Shown here: piece by piece, positions 39,323 through 50,062 of the stretch
Layout: the number at the start of each line of letters is the position of its first letter
Numbering within the stretch: the stretch's first letter is position 1
From: Candidatus Hydrogenedentota bacterium
Lineage (GTDB): Bacteria > Hydrogenedentota > Hydrogenedentia > Hydrogenedentales > SLHB01
DNA length: 64,000 bases
Assembly (NCBI GenBank): GCA_963668025.2
Contig: CAXXTH010000018.1
Location: forward strand, 128,001 to 192,000
Direction of reading: 5' to 3'
Notes under the pieces: generated by a model
Told to the model about the DNA's origin: nothing
The model's database searches: none
The model's input: the letters and a program-made list of their open reading frames with translations, nothing else
Program-made: the position numbers and the translations under genes

Positions 39323-39846
39323 GAGGCTCCATCCCTTTGCGAACCCAAGCCGCGGTAGCTCTCTATTACTTAGGTGATAATACAAGCAGGCCCATGATCG
39401 ACTTATTCCGACGCCATGCGGAGCGAGAAGATCCCGATTTTGCTGAGCATTTTTATATAATGGGAGCCACTAGCGAATTCCAGCATACGATTACGTATCT
39501 CCGTTCACCGGAAACAGACGCCTTGTTTCTTGAGCGGCTCCAATATGGATTGGACAATTCAGATAACGACCTCTTGGTTAATTGTGAATTCTTGCTGGAG
39601 CACGCATCAGAAGTGATCGAACGGTTAATGTACTACCTTGATAACCGTGATGCAATGTCTCGAACAACGGCTGCATCCGCGCTCCAACAAATCACTGGCT
39701 TGCAAGTTCCCTGGGACGACTCGGCTACGGCGGCGGGCAACGTCGAATCCGCCGCCCGGTTGAGGGCTGAAGCGGAATGGCTGCTTTCGCAATACTCCCC
39801 TGTTGTAACGGGAGGCTCGCTTGCAGACCAGCAAGATGCCCCTTAG
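39322..39846 (+). pseudogene. Headless C-terminal fragment paralogous to 40030-42363
   Basis: AAVALYYLGD.TS.P.IDLFRR, YLRSPETDAL and TAAGN.ES.ARLR.EAE..LSQY are shared with the downstream protein. Confidence 0.8.
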
Positions 39847-40029
39847 CACCAAGATAGTCCTTCGCCGCCTTCTCTAGCCGTTAGTATAGAGACTCTGTGA
39901 TAATTTTCTTCTACCTCTAGAAACTTTTCTGGCGGCAGAGGTATTCATATTATTGTCTGGCGTTATGATTATAATATAGCATGGGCGAATTTTGCGGCAA
40001 TTCCTGATAAACAGTTCAAGAGGATATAA

Positions 40030-42363
40030 ATGATGCATAATAAGACACTACGGGCGTTCTTGTCTTTTATTTTGGCGTGGAGTATCTTTGAACTTATAAC
40101 GCTCAATTGCTCGAATCTAGGATTATTCCAGCGCCCTATTGCGTCTGCCTCTTATTGGTTCCATCCAATCACCATCAGCATAGAAAACTGCGATCTTATG
40201 ATACAAGGGAAAGTAAAAAAAATCGTCCAGCGTAATCGCAACAGAGAATCTCTTAAAACTCCAACCACCATTACATTCACTGTTATGAATAGTTATCCTT
40301 TCATATCTTCTAAAACTATAAGAATATCTGCTTCTGGTTCTCTCGAACTTGGCAAAGAATATATTTTCCCGCTAAAAAAAGTAAATAACCAATACATTCT
40401 TCAATGGGGCTTCAGCCAACAGGAAGACTACCTTATAAAAAACACGGATAACGGACCCGTTGTTTATGATTTCTTTGATATGCATACCCCTATTCCTCTA
40501 GATGAAGGATGGAAGATCATACGAACCATTTATGACGCTACCCATGGCATAAAACCGGCCAATCGCACAGAGATTGAGCACTATAAAAATGATCTCCAAA
40601 ATGGCACACTGGAAGAAGCCTGTCTCGCGAGTGAATTCCTTTTATTATATCCACAAGAAACAATTACTGATATTGAGCTTATAGACGCCCTTGAGGCGCA
40701 GTATTACCCAGAACGGCATCAAATGCCTGATATGATGGATGCATCCAAATCACCCATGCATTTCTCGATAGGCCAAACGCAAGTTTTTTGCAGGTTCGCC
40801 AAAAATGTAGTCACTATGATGATGAAAAGGCCATCCGAAGAAAGCGCAGATCGCCTTGTCGCTCTTTACCTGAAAGATTGCACACCACCTAGCGCTTGCG
40901 TATTTAGCGATTACATAGAGACTTTTATTTTGAGGTATGTAGTTGAACGCCCAAGCCCAGACCGCATCCAACGCTTACATAAGCTTTTTGAGCATTACCC
41001 CGATAGCATTATCGAACAAGATCGCTTAGGAAGCGAGCTTGGAATGACACTTGATGAGAAAACCATGCGTATTCTCGCTGAGACGCCCGGTGAAGATATC
41101 GATGCTTTTATTCAGGAAATATTCAATACGCCCAGGCGATTTCACTTAACAGAAGAACAACTTATGACCTTAACCAGCTTACGCGAAGGACTGTTGCAGT
41201 ACAGAAAGAGTATATTGCGCCAAGGCAATGCCGCTCCCGAGCTATGCCTGAATAATGATTTAAACCGTTTCGCGGCAGGTGAGATTAATCTCAGCACCAG
41301 CATCCTCTTGCGCTTAAAAAAAGGTGATACGAGCGCTATTCCCTATCTGCAAAAAGCGGATTTGCGATACAGCCTGGATATCATCCGCTGGAAAATTCCA
41401 GATCCAGCTTTCGTTCCCATGCTCTATGAAGCACTTCATGACAAAGAAAAATCACAGGATCTAGAATATCCATTATTATCATCTCTCTATTGTTGCGGAG
41501 AAAAAGACGCAGCTTTGAAATATGCCCGTGATATCCTTGCGGAGCCAATGAACGCAGATAGTCTGGGAGCATATGCAAAGGCGTTTGCTGACAAAGATAG
41601 CGCCATACAGTTTTTGGGCGAGTTTGGCGATACGTCCGATATATTGTTATTAAAGCGCTATACCAGCCGTTCACGCGTCCAGGCCTACCGGAATGTACGC
41701 GTGTCTTTCCCTGTGAAGGGCGTTATGTTTCCCAGTTCTCCAAGTTATCGACAAAAAACCTCAGAGATTGATAAACTCTATTTATCCGCATTACTAGCTC
41801 GCACCCGGTTGCATGACCTTTCCACCATTGCCAAATGGAAAAAGCTCTACCGAACAGGAAACACTTCCTTGCACATAACGGCCGCCGTCGCGCTTTTTTA
41901 TCTTGATGATGACACCAGCGCACCTTTGATTGATCTCTTCCGAAGATCGGGAGAACTATCGAAGCCAAGATATTCGGCCCATTTCTACCGCGAAGGCTCC
42001 ACGACAGAATTTTCACAGACCATTTCATATCTCCGCTCACCAGAGACAGATGCATTATTGATCGAACGCATGCAGCATGGAGCCAGTTATTTCGATTATG
42101 ACATGACACGTAATGGCGCTTTTATGCTGGAACATGCATCGACTATTATACCATTAATGGAGAAATACCTTAATGACCGAAATCACAGATCCCGTGATAT
42201 TGCGAAAGGCACCCTCGAATTGATCATCCCGCTCAAACTGCCTTGGGATATAAACACCACCGCGGCAGGCAATGCCGAGTCCGTTGCCCGGTTGCGCATC
42301 GAGGCGGAACGATTCCTTTCACAATACACGCCTCTTTCTACGAGTGGAGCAGTACATAACTGA
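40030..42363 (+). CDS. Exported hypothetical protein, helical (HEAT-like) C-terminal region
   Basis: 777-aa ORF, N-terminal hydrophobic segment, GAGG RBS. Function not recognised. Confidence 0.7.
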   Translation: MMHNKTLRAFLSFILAWSIFELITLNCSNLGLFQRPIASASYWFHPITISIENCDLMIQGKVKKIVQRNRNRESLKTPTTITFTVMNSYPFISSKTIRISASGSLELGKEYIFPLKKVNNQYILQWGFSQQEDYLIKNTDNGPVVYDFFDMHTPIPLDEGWKIIRTIYDATHGIKPANRTEIEHYKNDLQNGTLEEACLASEFLLLYPQETITDIELIDALEAQYYPERHQMPDMMDASKSPMHFSIGQTQVFCRFAKNVVTMMMKRPSEESADRLVALYLKDCTPPSACVFSDYIETFILRYVVERPSPDRIQRLHKLFEHYPDSIIEQDRLGSELGMTLDEKTMRILAETPGEDIDAFIQEIFNTPRRFHLTEEQLMTLTSLREGLLQYRKSILRQGNAAPELCLNNDLNRFAAGEINLSTSILLRLKKGDTSAIPYLQKADLRYSLDIIRWKIPDPAFVPMLYEALHDKEKSQDLEYPLLSSLYCCGEKDAALKYARDILAEPMNADSLGAYAKAFADKDSAIQFLGEFGDTSDILLLKRYTSRSRVQAYRNVRVSFPVKGVMFPSSPSYRQKTSEIDKLYLSALLARTRLHDLSTIAKWKKLYRTGNTSLHITAAVALFYLDDDTSAPLIDLFRRSGELSKPRYSAHFYREGSTTEFSQTISYLRSPETDALLIERMQHGASYFDYDMTRNGAFMLEHASTIIPLMEKYLNDRNHRSRDIAKGTLELIIPLKLPWDINTTAAGNAESVARLRIEAERFLSQYTPLSTSGAVHN

Positions 42364-42419
42364 CATCGACGTTGCAAACAGTCTAGTGAGAAGACATAAC
42401 ATTGTCTATTCTCGTTTAC

Positions 42420-42524
42420 CTTTGCGTTTTGGCGGCTTTGTGTGCGTATCAATCGAATGGGATTCCTGTTGGCGGTACAGTGCGCCAGCCTTGCTCATAT
42501 ATTTCACACAAAGTCGCCGTAAAG
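42420..42524. repeat. Short intergenic inverted-repeat element
   Basis: ggcggctttgtgtg (42431-42444) pairs with cacacaaagtcgcc (42505-42518), 13/14. Confidence 0.5.
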
Positions 42525-42761
42525 AATGCAACCATATAGAGCGCGACATACCTGCAATGCAACAGCTTCTCGTTTTCTTGTTGAAACTGGGGCTAAGGCA
42601 GTGGCATGGAGGTTGCCCATACCCAAGATCACTGAAATAACCGCAGCAGTTTTGTAACATTATAAACCTAGGCTTATCAAGATGTTACGCAAATCGATTC
42701 AAAACTTCTTTTCGTTTTCTACAGAAGCTGGAGCTTAAGGTGCTGAACTCTGTTATCCCAT

Positions 42762-44636
42762 TTATGGCTGCACGTTCGTTTCTTTTTGCATGGCCAGCAA
42801 GGACGCTCCGGCATCGTTGGCCACCAGGAGGACATCCCGGCTGCCTACGGAATCCGCCTGCACCAGCGGGAAATGGCGCAGTTCAGGGCCAAACACCAAG
42901 AACCAGCGCCAGTCATTTTCTTTCACGAACAGAAACGCCGGTTCGGGCTTCTCGAAGGCTTGGGAGAAGGAGCGCACCTCTTTCGTCAAGACCCACTGGA
43001 AATCCGCCGCCATTTGCGAATCCACCTTCTTGTCTTCAAGGACCGTTTTGCGGATGGCCTCACGCAAGGCTTCCATCTCGGCATCCGCCACCGTGCCCAG
43101 ATCGGCGATGGAAACTTTTTTCACGGCCTTCACGATATCCTCGCGCAGCCGTTTCTGGGTCAGGGCCATTTTGAGCGGGCTCATGCCTTCCGGCAGCTCC
43201 ATGGGCACCACATCCGTGAAGACGGCTTCGTGAGAATGCTTTGAATAATACACATAGGCCTCGCGTGTGAAGCCCACGGAGTAAAGACGGTACGGTACGG
43301 ATTTTTCACTAAGACGCCGCAACGGCGTGCAGAACGAGCGAGCGCCCTTGAATTCATTCACGACGGGGAATACAAACAAGGCGATAAGAATCGACATGGC
43401 CGCGAAATGGACCGCCACCAGGCGGTGAATCCCCTCACCGCCGGTCATCTTGGCCCGCCGGAAGGCGTCTGCCGCCAATACAGCCGTGAATGTGCTGAAA
43501 ATCAGAAGCCCGCTCGTCCATTCATCCCGGTATTCCGTGGCCAGCAAGGCAAAAGGCGCCGCCGCGAGCAGGGCAAGCAACACGCCCCAGGCAAATAGCG
43601 TTCTTTTCCGCCAGCGAATACGCTCCGAATCAACCAAGTCGGTGACGCTGCGGGCCAAGAGTATGGCGAAGCCGGGATACAACGGCAGTAGATAGAGCTC
43701 TCGCTTATCCATGGCAATGGTGAAGAGGATGAATGCGGGAATAATCCAGCTCAGCACGAAGCGCATGCGTTCATCTTCCTTGCGCCGCAGCCAAACCCAT
43801 GGCAAGGTCCAGGGCAAAAAGAGCGTCCATGGGAACAGGTCCATGGGCAGGGCGATGAGGTAATACCATGGCCATTCCCGGTGGCTCACGCCAAGGAACA
43901 GGCGTCCAATAGTCTGGCGAAGCAAATTAGAGGCTACGGTCTGCTGCGTCGAGGCGGCGCGTTCGATGGACGCCGCATGCCACGCAGGGATAAGCCACAG
44001 CGAGATGAGCGCCGCGATGGCCAGCACGCCCCAGAGCAAATGCATCTGCCGCCGTTCTTCCCGCCGCCGCCAGTAGAACGTGAAGGCGAACAACAGCGGC
44101 AAAATGACGCCTGGCGGGCCTTTCGCGAATACCGCGGCGGCCACAGCCCCATAAAACGCCATCAACCAAGCCGTACGGCGGCCCTCATGCCAGCGCCAGA
44201 AAGCATACAATGCCGCCGTGAGGCATCCCGTAAGGGCCATATCGGTCTGGGCGCTGCGCGCCTGCCACCAGAAGCGCAAACAGGTGATAAGAATCACGCC
44301 CGACCAAAGGGCTATGCGGGGGCCGTAGAGGCGTTTCGCCAGCGAATAGGTGAGCAACACCGTGATGATGCCGAACAATATCGAAGGGATGCGCGCGGTC
44401 GTTTCCGAGACATCGCCAAAGGGGTAGGAAATAATGGCCATGGCCCAGAATAACAACGGCGGTTTTTCCATGTACGGCTCGCCATTGACATGCAGGGTGA
44501 GCCAGTCGCCGGATTGAAGGATTTCACGGCCCACCTGCCCGAATCGGGGCTCGTCGGCCGGCCATAAATCATATCCGCCAATGTTGATGCTGAACAGGAC
44601 AGCACTAAATACCAACAAGAACAAAATCGGTCGCAT
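42762..44636 (-). CDS. ArnT-like glycosyltransferase family 39 membrane protein
   Basis: LWPADEPRF, EKPPLLFW, AKGPPG, H.EWPWYY, YLLPLYP. Confidence 0.9.
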   Translation of the reverse strand: MRPILFLLVFSAVLFSINIGGYDLWPADEPRFGQVGREILQSGDWLTLHVNGEPYMEKPPLLFWAMAIISYPFGDVSETTARIPSILFGIITVLLTYSLAKRLYGPRIALWSGVILITCLRFWWQARSAQTDMALTGCLTAALYAFWRWHEGRRTAWLMAFYGAVAAAVFAKGPPGVILPLLFAFTFYWRRREERRQMHLLWGVLAIAALISLWLIPAWHAASIERAASTQQTVASNLLRQTIGRLFLGVSHREWPWYYLIALPMDLFPWTLFLPWTLPWVWLRRKEDERMRFVLSWIIPAFILFTIAMDKRELYLLPLYPGFAILLARSVTDLVDSERIRWRKRTLFAWGVLLALLAAAPFALLATEYRDEWTSGLLIFSTFTAVLAADAFRRAKMTGGEGIHRLVAVHFAAMSILIALFVFPVVNEFKGARSFCTPLRRLSEKSVPYRLYSVGFTREAYVYYSKHSHEAVFTDVVPMELPEGMSPLKMALTQKRLREDIVKAVKKVSIADLGTVADAEMEALREAIRKTVLEDKKVDSQMAADFQWVLTKEVRSFSQAFEKPEPAFLFVKENDWRWFLVFGPELRHFPLVQADSVGSRDVLLVANDAGASLLAMQKETNVQP

Positions 44637-44838
44637 GGATTCCCGCATGGACGAGATAGGCCTTTCCTGGCTGAACATATTGGCACACACAAACACAAGG
44701 CGCTATCCTAGCAGAACCATTCGGAACGCCGCCAATTTACGGGGCTCGCTCATGATTAAGTGAATGCCATATGGTATGATGCCATGTATGCAAGGGGGGC
44801 CTTGCACCAATATCCAAAAACAGACAGGAGTGTATGTC

Positions 44839-46179
44839 GTGTTACGTCTAGTCAGTTTGTTTGGGCTGGTATGCATGATGGCGTTGGCGTGGGCATTGTC
44901 GGAGCGCAGGCAGCGCATCCCATGGAGGATCGTGCTATGGGGGCTCGGGCTTCAATTCGCCGTGGGACTATTGCTACTGCCCACGCCCGTGCAGACCTAT
45001 GTGTTGCAGCCTATGTTCAAAGCCTTTGTTTGGCTTATCACCTTCGGATGCATCGAAACGCAATCCACGCCGGGCGAAATCGTATTCGTGGGCATGGCCA
45101 AGGTGGTGGATTTGCTCACGGGCGCCACCATCGAAGGGGCGAAGTTCATCTTCGGCACCCTCTCGACGGATTACAACATTGGCGCAGTGATGGCCTTCCA
45201 AGTGCTGCCGGTGATCATTCTAGTGTCATCCATCGCGGGCATCCTGTTTCATTTCCACATCATCCAGGCGGTTGTATGGTTCATGGCGTGGCTCATGCGC
45301 CGCACGCTCAAGACCTCCGGCGCGGAGACCTTCGGCACGGCCTTGCTGGTGTTCATGGGCATTGAATCCATGACCGCCATCCGGGCGTATATCGCCGCCA
45401 TGACCCGCTCCGAATTATGCACGGTCATGACCGCATTCATGGCCACCATCGCGGGCAGCGTCATGGTGGTCTACGCCACCTTCGGCGCGGAGCCTGGCAA
45501 TCTGCTTGCCGCCTCGCTCATGAGCGCGCCCGCGGCCATCCTCATCTCGAAACTCATGGTGCCCGAAACGGAGACTCCCGCCACACAGGGATTCGGAGGA
45601 ATAAAGGTCGAGGTCGAGAGCACTAATGTCGTGGACGCCGCCGCGCGCGGCGCGGCGCAGGGCCTAAATCTGGCATTGAACGTCGCCGCCATGATCATTG
45701 CGTTCCTCGGGCTCGTGTACATTCTTAACATGGCACTTGAAACAATGTCGCGCCCCTTGCTCGCCATGCTGTATGCCCCCATGGCCGCAAGCCACGGGTG
45801 GCCCGCGCTGGAATCCATTTCACTGCAAAGCCTGTTCGGATTTCTGTTCACGCCTTTCGCGTTTCTCATGGGTGTGCCCCGCGCCGACCTGCTCGAAGCG
45901 GGCCAGTTGCTGGGCGTCAAGACGGTAATGAACGAGTTTCTGGCGTATGCCCAATTGAAAGATTTACGCGATGTGATGTCTCCACGCGGCGTCACGATTA
46001 TCACATATGCATTATGCGGCTTCGCCAATCCGGGCAGCCTCGCCATCATTATCGCCGGCATGACGGGGCTTGCGCCCGAACGGCAAAAAGATATCGTCCA
46101 ACTAGGCCTCAAGGCCTTTATCGGCGGCACGCTGGCATGTTTCATGACGGCGTGCGTCGCGGGAGTCATTTATGCCTAA
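44839..46179 (+). CDS. Concentrative nucleoside transporter (CNT/NupC family)
   Basis: AFQVLPVII, MATIAGSV, AASLMSAPAA, KTVMNEFLAY, YALCGFAN; AGGAG RBS before GTG 44839. Confidence 0.93.
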   Translation: MLRLVSLFGLVCMMALAWALSERRQRIPWRIVLWGLGLQFAVGLLLLPTPVQTYVLQPMFKAFVWLITFGCIETQSTPGEIVFVGMAKVVDLLTGATIEGAKFIFGTLSTDYNIGAVMAFQVLPVIILVSSIAGILFHFHIIQAVVWFMAWLMRRTLKTSGAETFGTALLVFMGIESMTAIRAYIAAMTRSELCTVMTAFMATIAGSVMVVYATFGAEPGNLLAASLMSAPAAILISKLMVPETETPATQGFGGIKVEVESTNVVDAAARGAAQGLNLALNVAAMIIAFLGLVYILNMALETMSRPLLAMLYAPMAASHGWPALESISLQSLFGFLFTPFAFLMGVPRADLLEAGQLLGVKTVMNEFLAYAQLKDLRDVMSPRGVTIITYALCGFANPGSLAIIIAGMTGLAPERQKDIVQLGLKAFIGGTLACFMTACVAGVIYA

Positions 46180-46978
46180 TCCTCAACAGATGCCGCGCGC
46201 ACTGACCATCGCTGGAAGCGATTCTAGCGGCGGCGCGGGCATTCAAGCCGATATCAAAACCTTCACCGCCCTGCGCGTTTATGGCATGAGCGCGATCACC
46301 TCCGTGACGGCCCAAAACACCGTAGGCGTCACGGGCGTGCATGACCTGCCTCCCGCGTTCGTGGCGGAACAGATCGACGATGTCGCGGGCGATATCGGCG
46401 TAGACGCCGCCAAGACAGGCATGCTATCGAACGCCGCCATCATCGAAGCTGTGGCGGACGCCATTGCGCGCCACCACATCGAGAGGCTCGTTGTGGATCC
46501 GGTCATGGTGGCCAAGAGCGGCGACCGCCTCCTCCAGGAACAAGCGCGCGAAGCCCTGGTCCAGCGCATACTGCCTCTTGCCTATATGGTGACTCCCAAT
46601 GCTCCCGAAGCGGCCATCCTCGCGGGCATCCCAGTCGAAACGCCCAAAGACGCCAGGGAAGCGGCGCACCGCATCGCGGCCCTCGGGCCGAAATATGTGC
46701 TCATGAAGGGCGGCCATCTCCATATGGAGGAGGCGGTGGATTACCTATTTGACGGTGAAGACATCATAGAATTCGCCGCACCGCGTTTCGCCACTAAAAA
46801 CACCCATGGCACCGGCTGCACCTATTCCGCGGCCATTGCAGCCCATCTCGCCAAAGGCGCAACCGCCTTGGCTGCGGTCCGCGCCGCGAAGAGCTATTTG
46901 ACGGAAGCCATCCGCCATTCCCTTAACCTGGGCAAAGGCCACGGCCCGTTGAATCATTTTTGGGAGTTTATAAAATAA
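46172..46978 (+). CDS. thiD: Hydroxymethylpyrimidine/phosphomethylpyrimidine kinase
   Basis: TIAGSDSSGGAGIQADIKTF, KTGML, DPVMVAKSG, THGTGCT, GKGHGPLNH. Confidence 0.97.
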   Translation: MPNPQQMPRALTIAGSDSSGGAGIQADIKTFTALRVYGMSAITSVTAQNTVGVTGVHDLPPAFVAEQIDDVAGDIGVDAAKTGMLSNAAIIEAVADAIARHHIERLVVDPVMVAKSGDRLLQEQAREALVQRILPLAYMVTPNAPEAAILAGIPVETPKDAREAAHRIAALGPKYVLMKGGHLHMEEAVDYLFDGEDIIEFAAPRFATKNTHGTGCTYSAAIAAHLAKGATALAAVRAAKSYLTEAIRHSLNLGKGHGPLNHFWEFIK

Positions 46979-47033
46979 CTAGAACTGTGACAACGATATA
47001 GTAACACAGTAGGACAAAAAATAGCTTTTTCGG

Positions 47034-47311
47034 CATGATTTACAAGATGAACAAGATCTTTTCGGATCACTATTCCGCCGCATCAGAAAAAACACCCAAA
47101 CAATCATGGATTAGCGCACTACGCTCCAGCTTCTACAAGAAAAACAAGAAGTTTTTTCGCCTACAGACGCAAGTAACTTTTTTGCAAGAGTTTAGCGAAT
47201 GCGAAAACCGCCAGATTCATGCCGTTCCATTGGGTGGTGGGCAACGCCCATGTCCGCTTTTCGAGACTCGTTGACAGATTTTATCCAATCTTATTCATCA
47301 TGTAAATCCTG
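47034..47311. repeat. MITE-like element bounded by 24-bp imperfect inverted repeats
   Basis: catgatttacaagatgaacaagat (47034-47057) vs atcttattcatcatgtaaatcctg (47288-47311), 21/24 complementary. Confidence 0.55.
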
Positions 47312-47425
47312 TCCAAAAAGATGTCCTTGCTTCAGCCGGCTTAGGCGCTATTCGAATTCTTGCTGGCCCAATTGCCCTATCACGCCAGCCTTGCATCGGA
47401 GGCGCTTACGCTTTACGATCAGTAC

Positions 47426-48283
47426 ATGAAAACAATATGCTTGAAACGATATGCCGCGCCGTGGGCGCTGGCGTTTGCCCTCTGTCTCGTAGCAGGATGC
47501 GCCTCGACGGCAAAACCCAAACCGGAACCGGATACCGCATCCATGCCTCCACGCGAACGGCTGGAACACCGCGTAGGCGAACTCCACGAGCAGCTCGCCC
47601 AAACGCCGGACGACGCTACGCTGCAATACCAGCTCGGCAATGCGTACTTCGACCTGATGGACTACCCAGCCGCGAAGGAGGCTTACGCCGCCGCCGTGAA
47701 GCTCAAACCAGATTACGCCAGCGCCTATTGCAATCTCGGCCTTACCCTGCGCCATCTTAAGGATTATAAGTCCGCCATTGCCGCTTATCGGCATGCCCTC
47801 GAACTCGTACCGGATGATATGGCCACACTGGGCAATCTGGCTGCGGCGCAGGAACTTGATGGCGATATAGAAGGAGCCGTCATGACGATGAGGCGCATGC
47901 TGGAAAAAGACTCCCGCGCCGCCGTCGTGTTGGATAAACTAGGCGAACTCGAATTCCGCATGGGAAACTATGCGGGCGCCTCGGACGCGTATGAAAAACT
48001 GCTTCAGCTTGACCCTGGCCATCCAGACGATTATTACTACCTAGGCCTTGCCCGCTACAATCTAGGAGACGATGACGGCGCGCTGTCGGCATGGAAGCTA
48101 GGCCTGGCTAAGGATCCCGAACACCTCCAAATCCTCAAGGCCATGCCGGAAGCGTATTACCGCAAACACGATTACGACAATGCATGGAACGCCGTGAAAG
48201 AATGTGAACGGCGTGGGCTGTTGCTCGAAGACGCCTTTATTCGAAAGTTACAAACCGATTCAGGGCGCTTAGGGCCCAGGTGA
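47426..48283 (+). CDS. TPR-repeat lipoprotein
   Basis: Lipobox LVAGC; multiple TPR motifs such as AYCNLGLTL..A..AY..AL.L.P. Confidence 0.88.
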   Translation: MKTICLKRYAAPWALAFALCLVAGCASTAKPKPEPDTASMPPRERLEHRVGELHEQLAQTPDDATLQYQLGNAYFDLMDYPAAKEAYAAAVKLKPDYASAYCNLGLTLRHLKDYKSAIAAYRHALELVPDDMATLGNLAAAQELDGDIEGAVMTMRRMLEKDSRAAVVLDKLGELEFRMGNYAGASDAYEKLLQLDPGHPDDYYYLGLARYNLGDDDGALSAWKLGLAKDPEHLQILKAMPEAYYRKHDYDNAWNAVKECERRGLLLEDAFIRKLQTDSGRLGPR

Positions 48284-48308
48284 GAGATAGCGAAGAGGGG
48301 GCGAAATC

Positions 48309-49124
48309 ATGTGGTTCAACATCAAGCGGGCAATTGTGAGCTTGCTGCGGGGTGCTTTGGGGCCTTTCCTCGACCGTCGCGTCTATACCGTCCGCCATGG
48401 CATCGCAGCCGGGCTCAAACGGCGAGGGGGCATTGGCTTCATCCGCCGCCCGCTCTGCCGCGAAGAGCAATTCATCCAAAGCCTCGATTTCGCTGGAAAA
48501 ACCTGTTACGACATCGGCGCATACCATGGCGTGTTTACCCTGTTCTTCGCCCGCGCCGTGGGGCCTGAAGGCCATGTGGCCGCCTTCGAGCCGAATCCGG
48601 ACAACCATGCGCATGTCGCGGAGAATATCCGGCTCAATGGCTTTGAGAATGTGCAGGTTTTCCCACTGGGCCTGGGGCGCGAACGCACTATGGCTTCCAT
48701 GGTCTTCCGGCCCTCTGAACGCTCCATGGGCAGCCTGCAAGCCGATCTCCAAGAGGAACTGCGCCAGCGCGGCGATACGCGGCGCATCACCATCGAAGTG
48801 GATACCCTCGACCATGTAATCGAGGCCCACGGGCTTCCCAAACCGGATTTCATCAAGATCGATGTGGAAGGCCTGGAAGGCGATGTGCTCGAGGGCATGG
48901 CGGACACTCTCGAACGCCACGCCCCCAGCCTATTCATCGAAGTCCATGGCGCAGGCCCCGAACGTAAAAAAGCTAATGCCCACTGCCTCGTTAATTATCT
49001 CCTTCCGCGCGGTTATGCCATTCAACATGTGGAATCCGGCAAATCAATCAGCGTTAACAACACCTCGGACGCCATGGAAGGGCATATGTACTGCACGAAA
49101 GCCCACGCTAATTCGCCGCGTTGA
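48309..49124 (+). CDS. FkbM family methyltransferase
   Basis: [24 protein letters not shown]. Confidence 0.92.
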   Translation: MWFNIKRAIVSLLRGALGPFLDRRVYTVRHGIAAGLKRRGGIGFIRRPLCREEQFIQSLDFAGKTCYDIGAYHGVFTLFFARAVGPEGHVAAFEPNPDNHAHVAENIRLNGFENVQVFPLGLGRERTMASMVFRPSERSMGSLQADLQEELRQRGDTRRITIEVDTLDHVIEAHGLPKPDFIKIDVEGLEGDVLEGMADTLERHAPSLFIEVHGAGPERKKANAHCLVNYLLPRGYAIQHVESGKSISVNNTSDAMEGHMYCTKAHANSPR

Positions 49125-49983
49125 CGATAAAAGCCATATACGGATTGACGGGGAATTTATCGCCTGGCCAGCGGTTGAAGCTCACATGGCCATCCATGTA
49201 TAACACGTTCGCGCCGCCGGGTACATGGTTGTAATCTTCCGGCGTGGAGCTGAGCATATCCCACATGACCGCGAGAGTGGATTGTCCCATGCTAGAGGCA
49301 GCCGGGTTATTGATGTCCGTGATGAAATAGCGTTCTATCCCCGTCCGCAGGCGCATGACCGGAACCGTGCCCAACGTGGGATGCACCAGCGTCTGATCAC
49401 GGCCGGGTTGTTCGAATAGAGGTACAACGGCCCGAATCACATCATCGATTTGGCTCTGGTCCGTGGGATCAAATCCAGGCCAGCCCAGCAGGAAGCGATT
49501 ATCTTCTGGAACGGCATATCCCATATAGCAATAGGAAGCATCGCCAAGCAAGGCGAACGCACCGCATCCCGTGCTAGAGTCCAGGGCAAGGTTCCCGTTC
49601 TTCCCATACCACGTATCGCCGCTCGAACTGGGCTCCAACATTTGTCCGCCATTAGAGTCCGATGGACAGACCAGAATATGGACATCATTTAGATATTCGG
49701 GGTAAATATCGAGAGCATCGGGCATCCAAACATAATTGCGAGCTAGTATATCCGTATTCCAGTCGCATAACCGGACCTTGGGTGGGTAATACCCTTTGTT
49801 CTCATCGGCATACATCGCACAGGACAAGCCCAATTGCCTAAGGTTGTTCTGGCAAGAAGCCCGGCGGGCGGCTTCCCTGGCGCGCGAAAGAGCGGGAAGC
49901 AGAATGGCGGCCAAGACCGCGATAATGCCAATCACGACCAGCAATTCGATGAGTGTGAAACCTTTGAATCGATTCGTATACAT
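49108..49983 (-). CDS. Prepilin-type N-terminal / DUF1559 / H-X9-DG domain protein
   Basis: [41 protein letters not shown]; C-terminal [16 protein letters not shown]. Confidence 0.93.
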   Translation of the reverse strand: MYTNRFKGFTLIELLVVIGIIAVLAAILLPALSRAREAARRASCQNNLRQLGLSCAMYADENKGYYPPKVRLCDWNTDILARNYVWMPDALDIYPEYLNDVHILVCPSDSNGGQMLEPSSSGDTWYGKNGNLALDSSTGCGAFALLGDASYCYMGYAVPEDNRFLLGWPGFDPTDQSQIDDVIRAVVPLFEQPGRDQTLVHPTLGTVPVMRLRTGIERYFITDINNPAASSMGQSTLAVMWDMLSSTPEDYNHVPGGANVLYMDGHVSFNRWPGDKFPVNPYMAFIVNAAN

Positions 49984-50062
49984 GGAAGCCTCCTCTATGA
50001 GTGTTGCGAGATATGTAAAGACAGGGATCTCTTGTTGATGCTGGGATTTTCAGAAATGGCGT

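Noticed and set aside
44640-44838. TPP riboswitch ahead of the transporter-thiD operon
   Set aside because: No CTGAGA core or other TPP consensus is visible in the leader.
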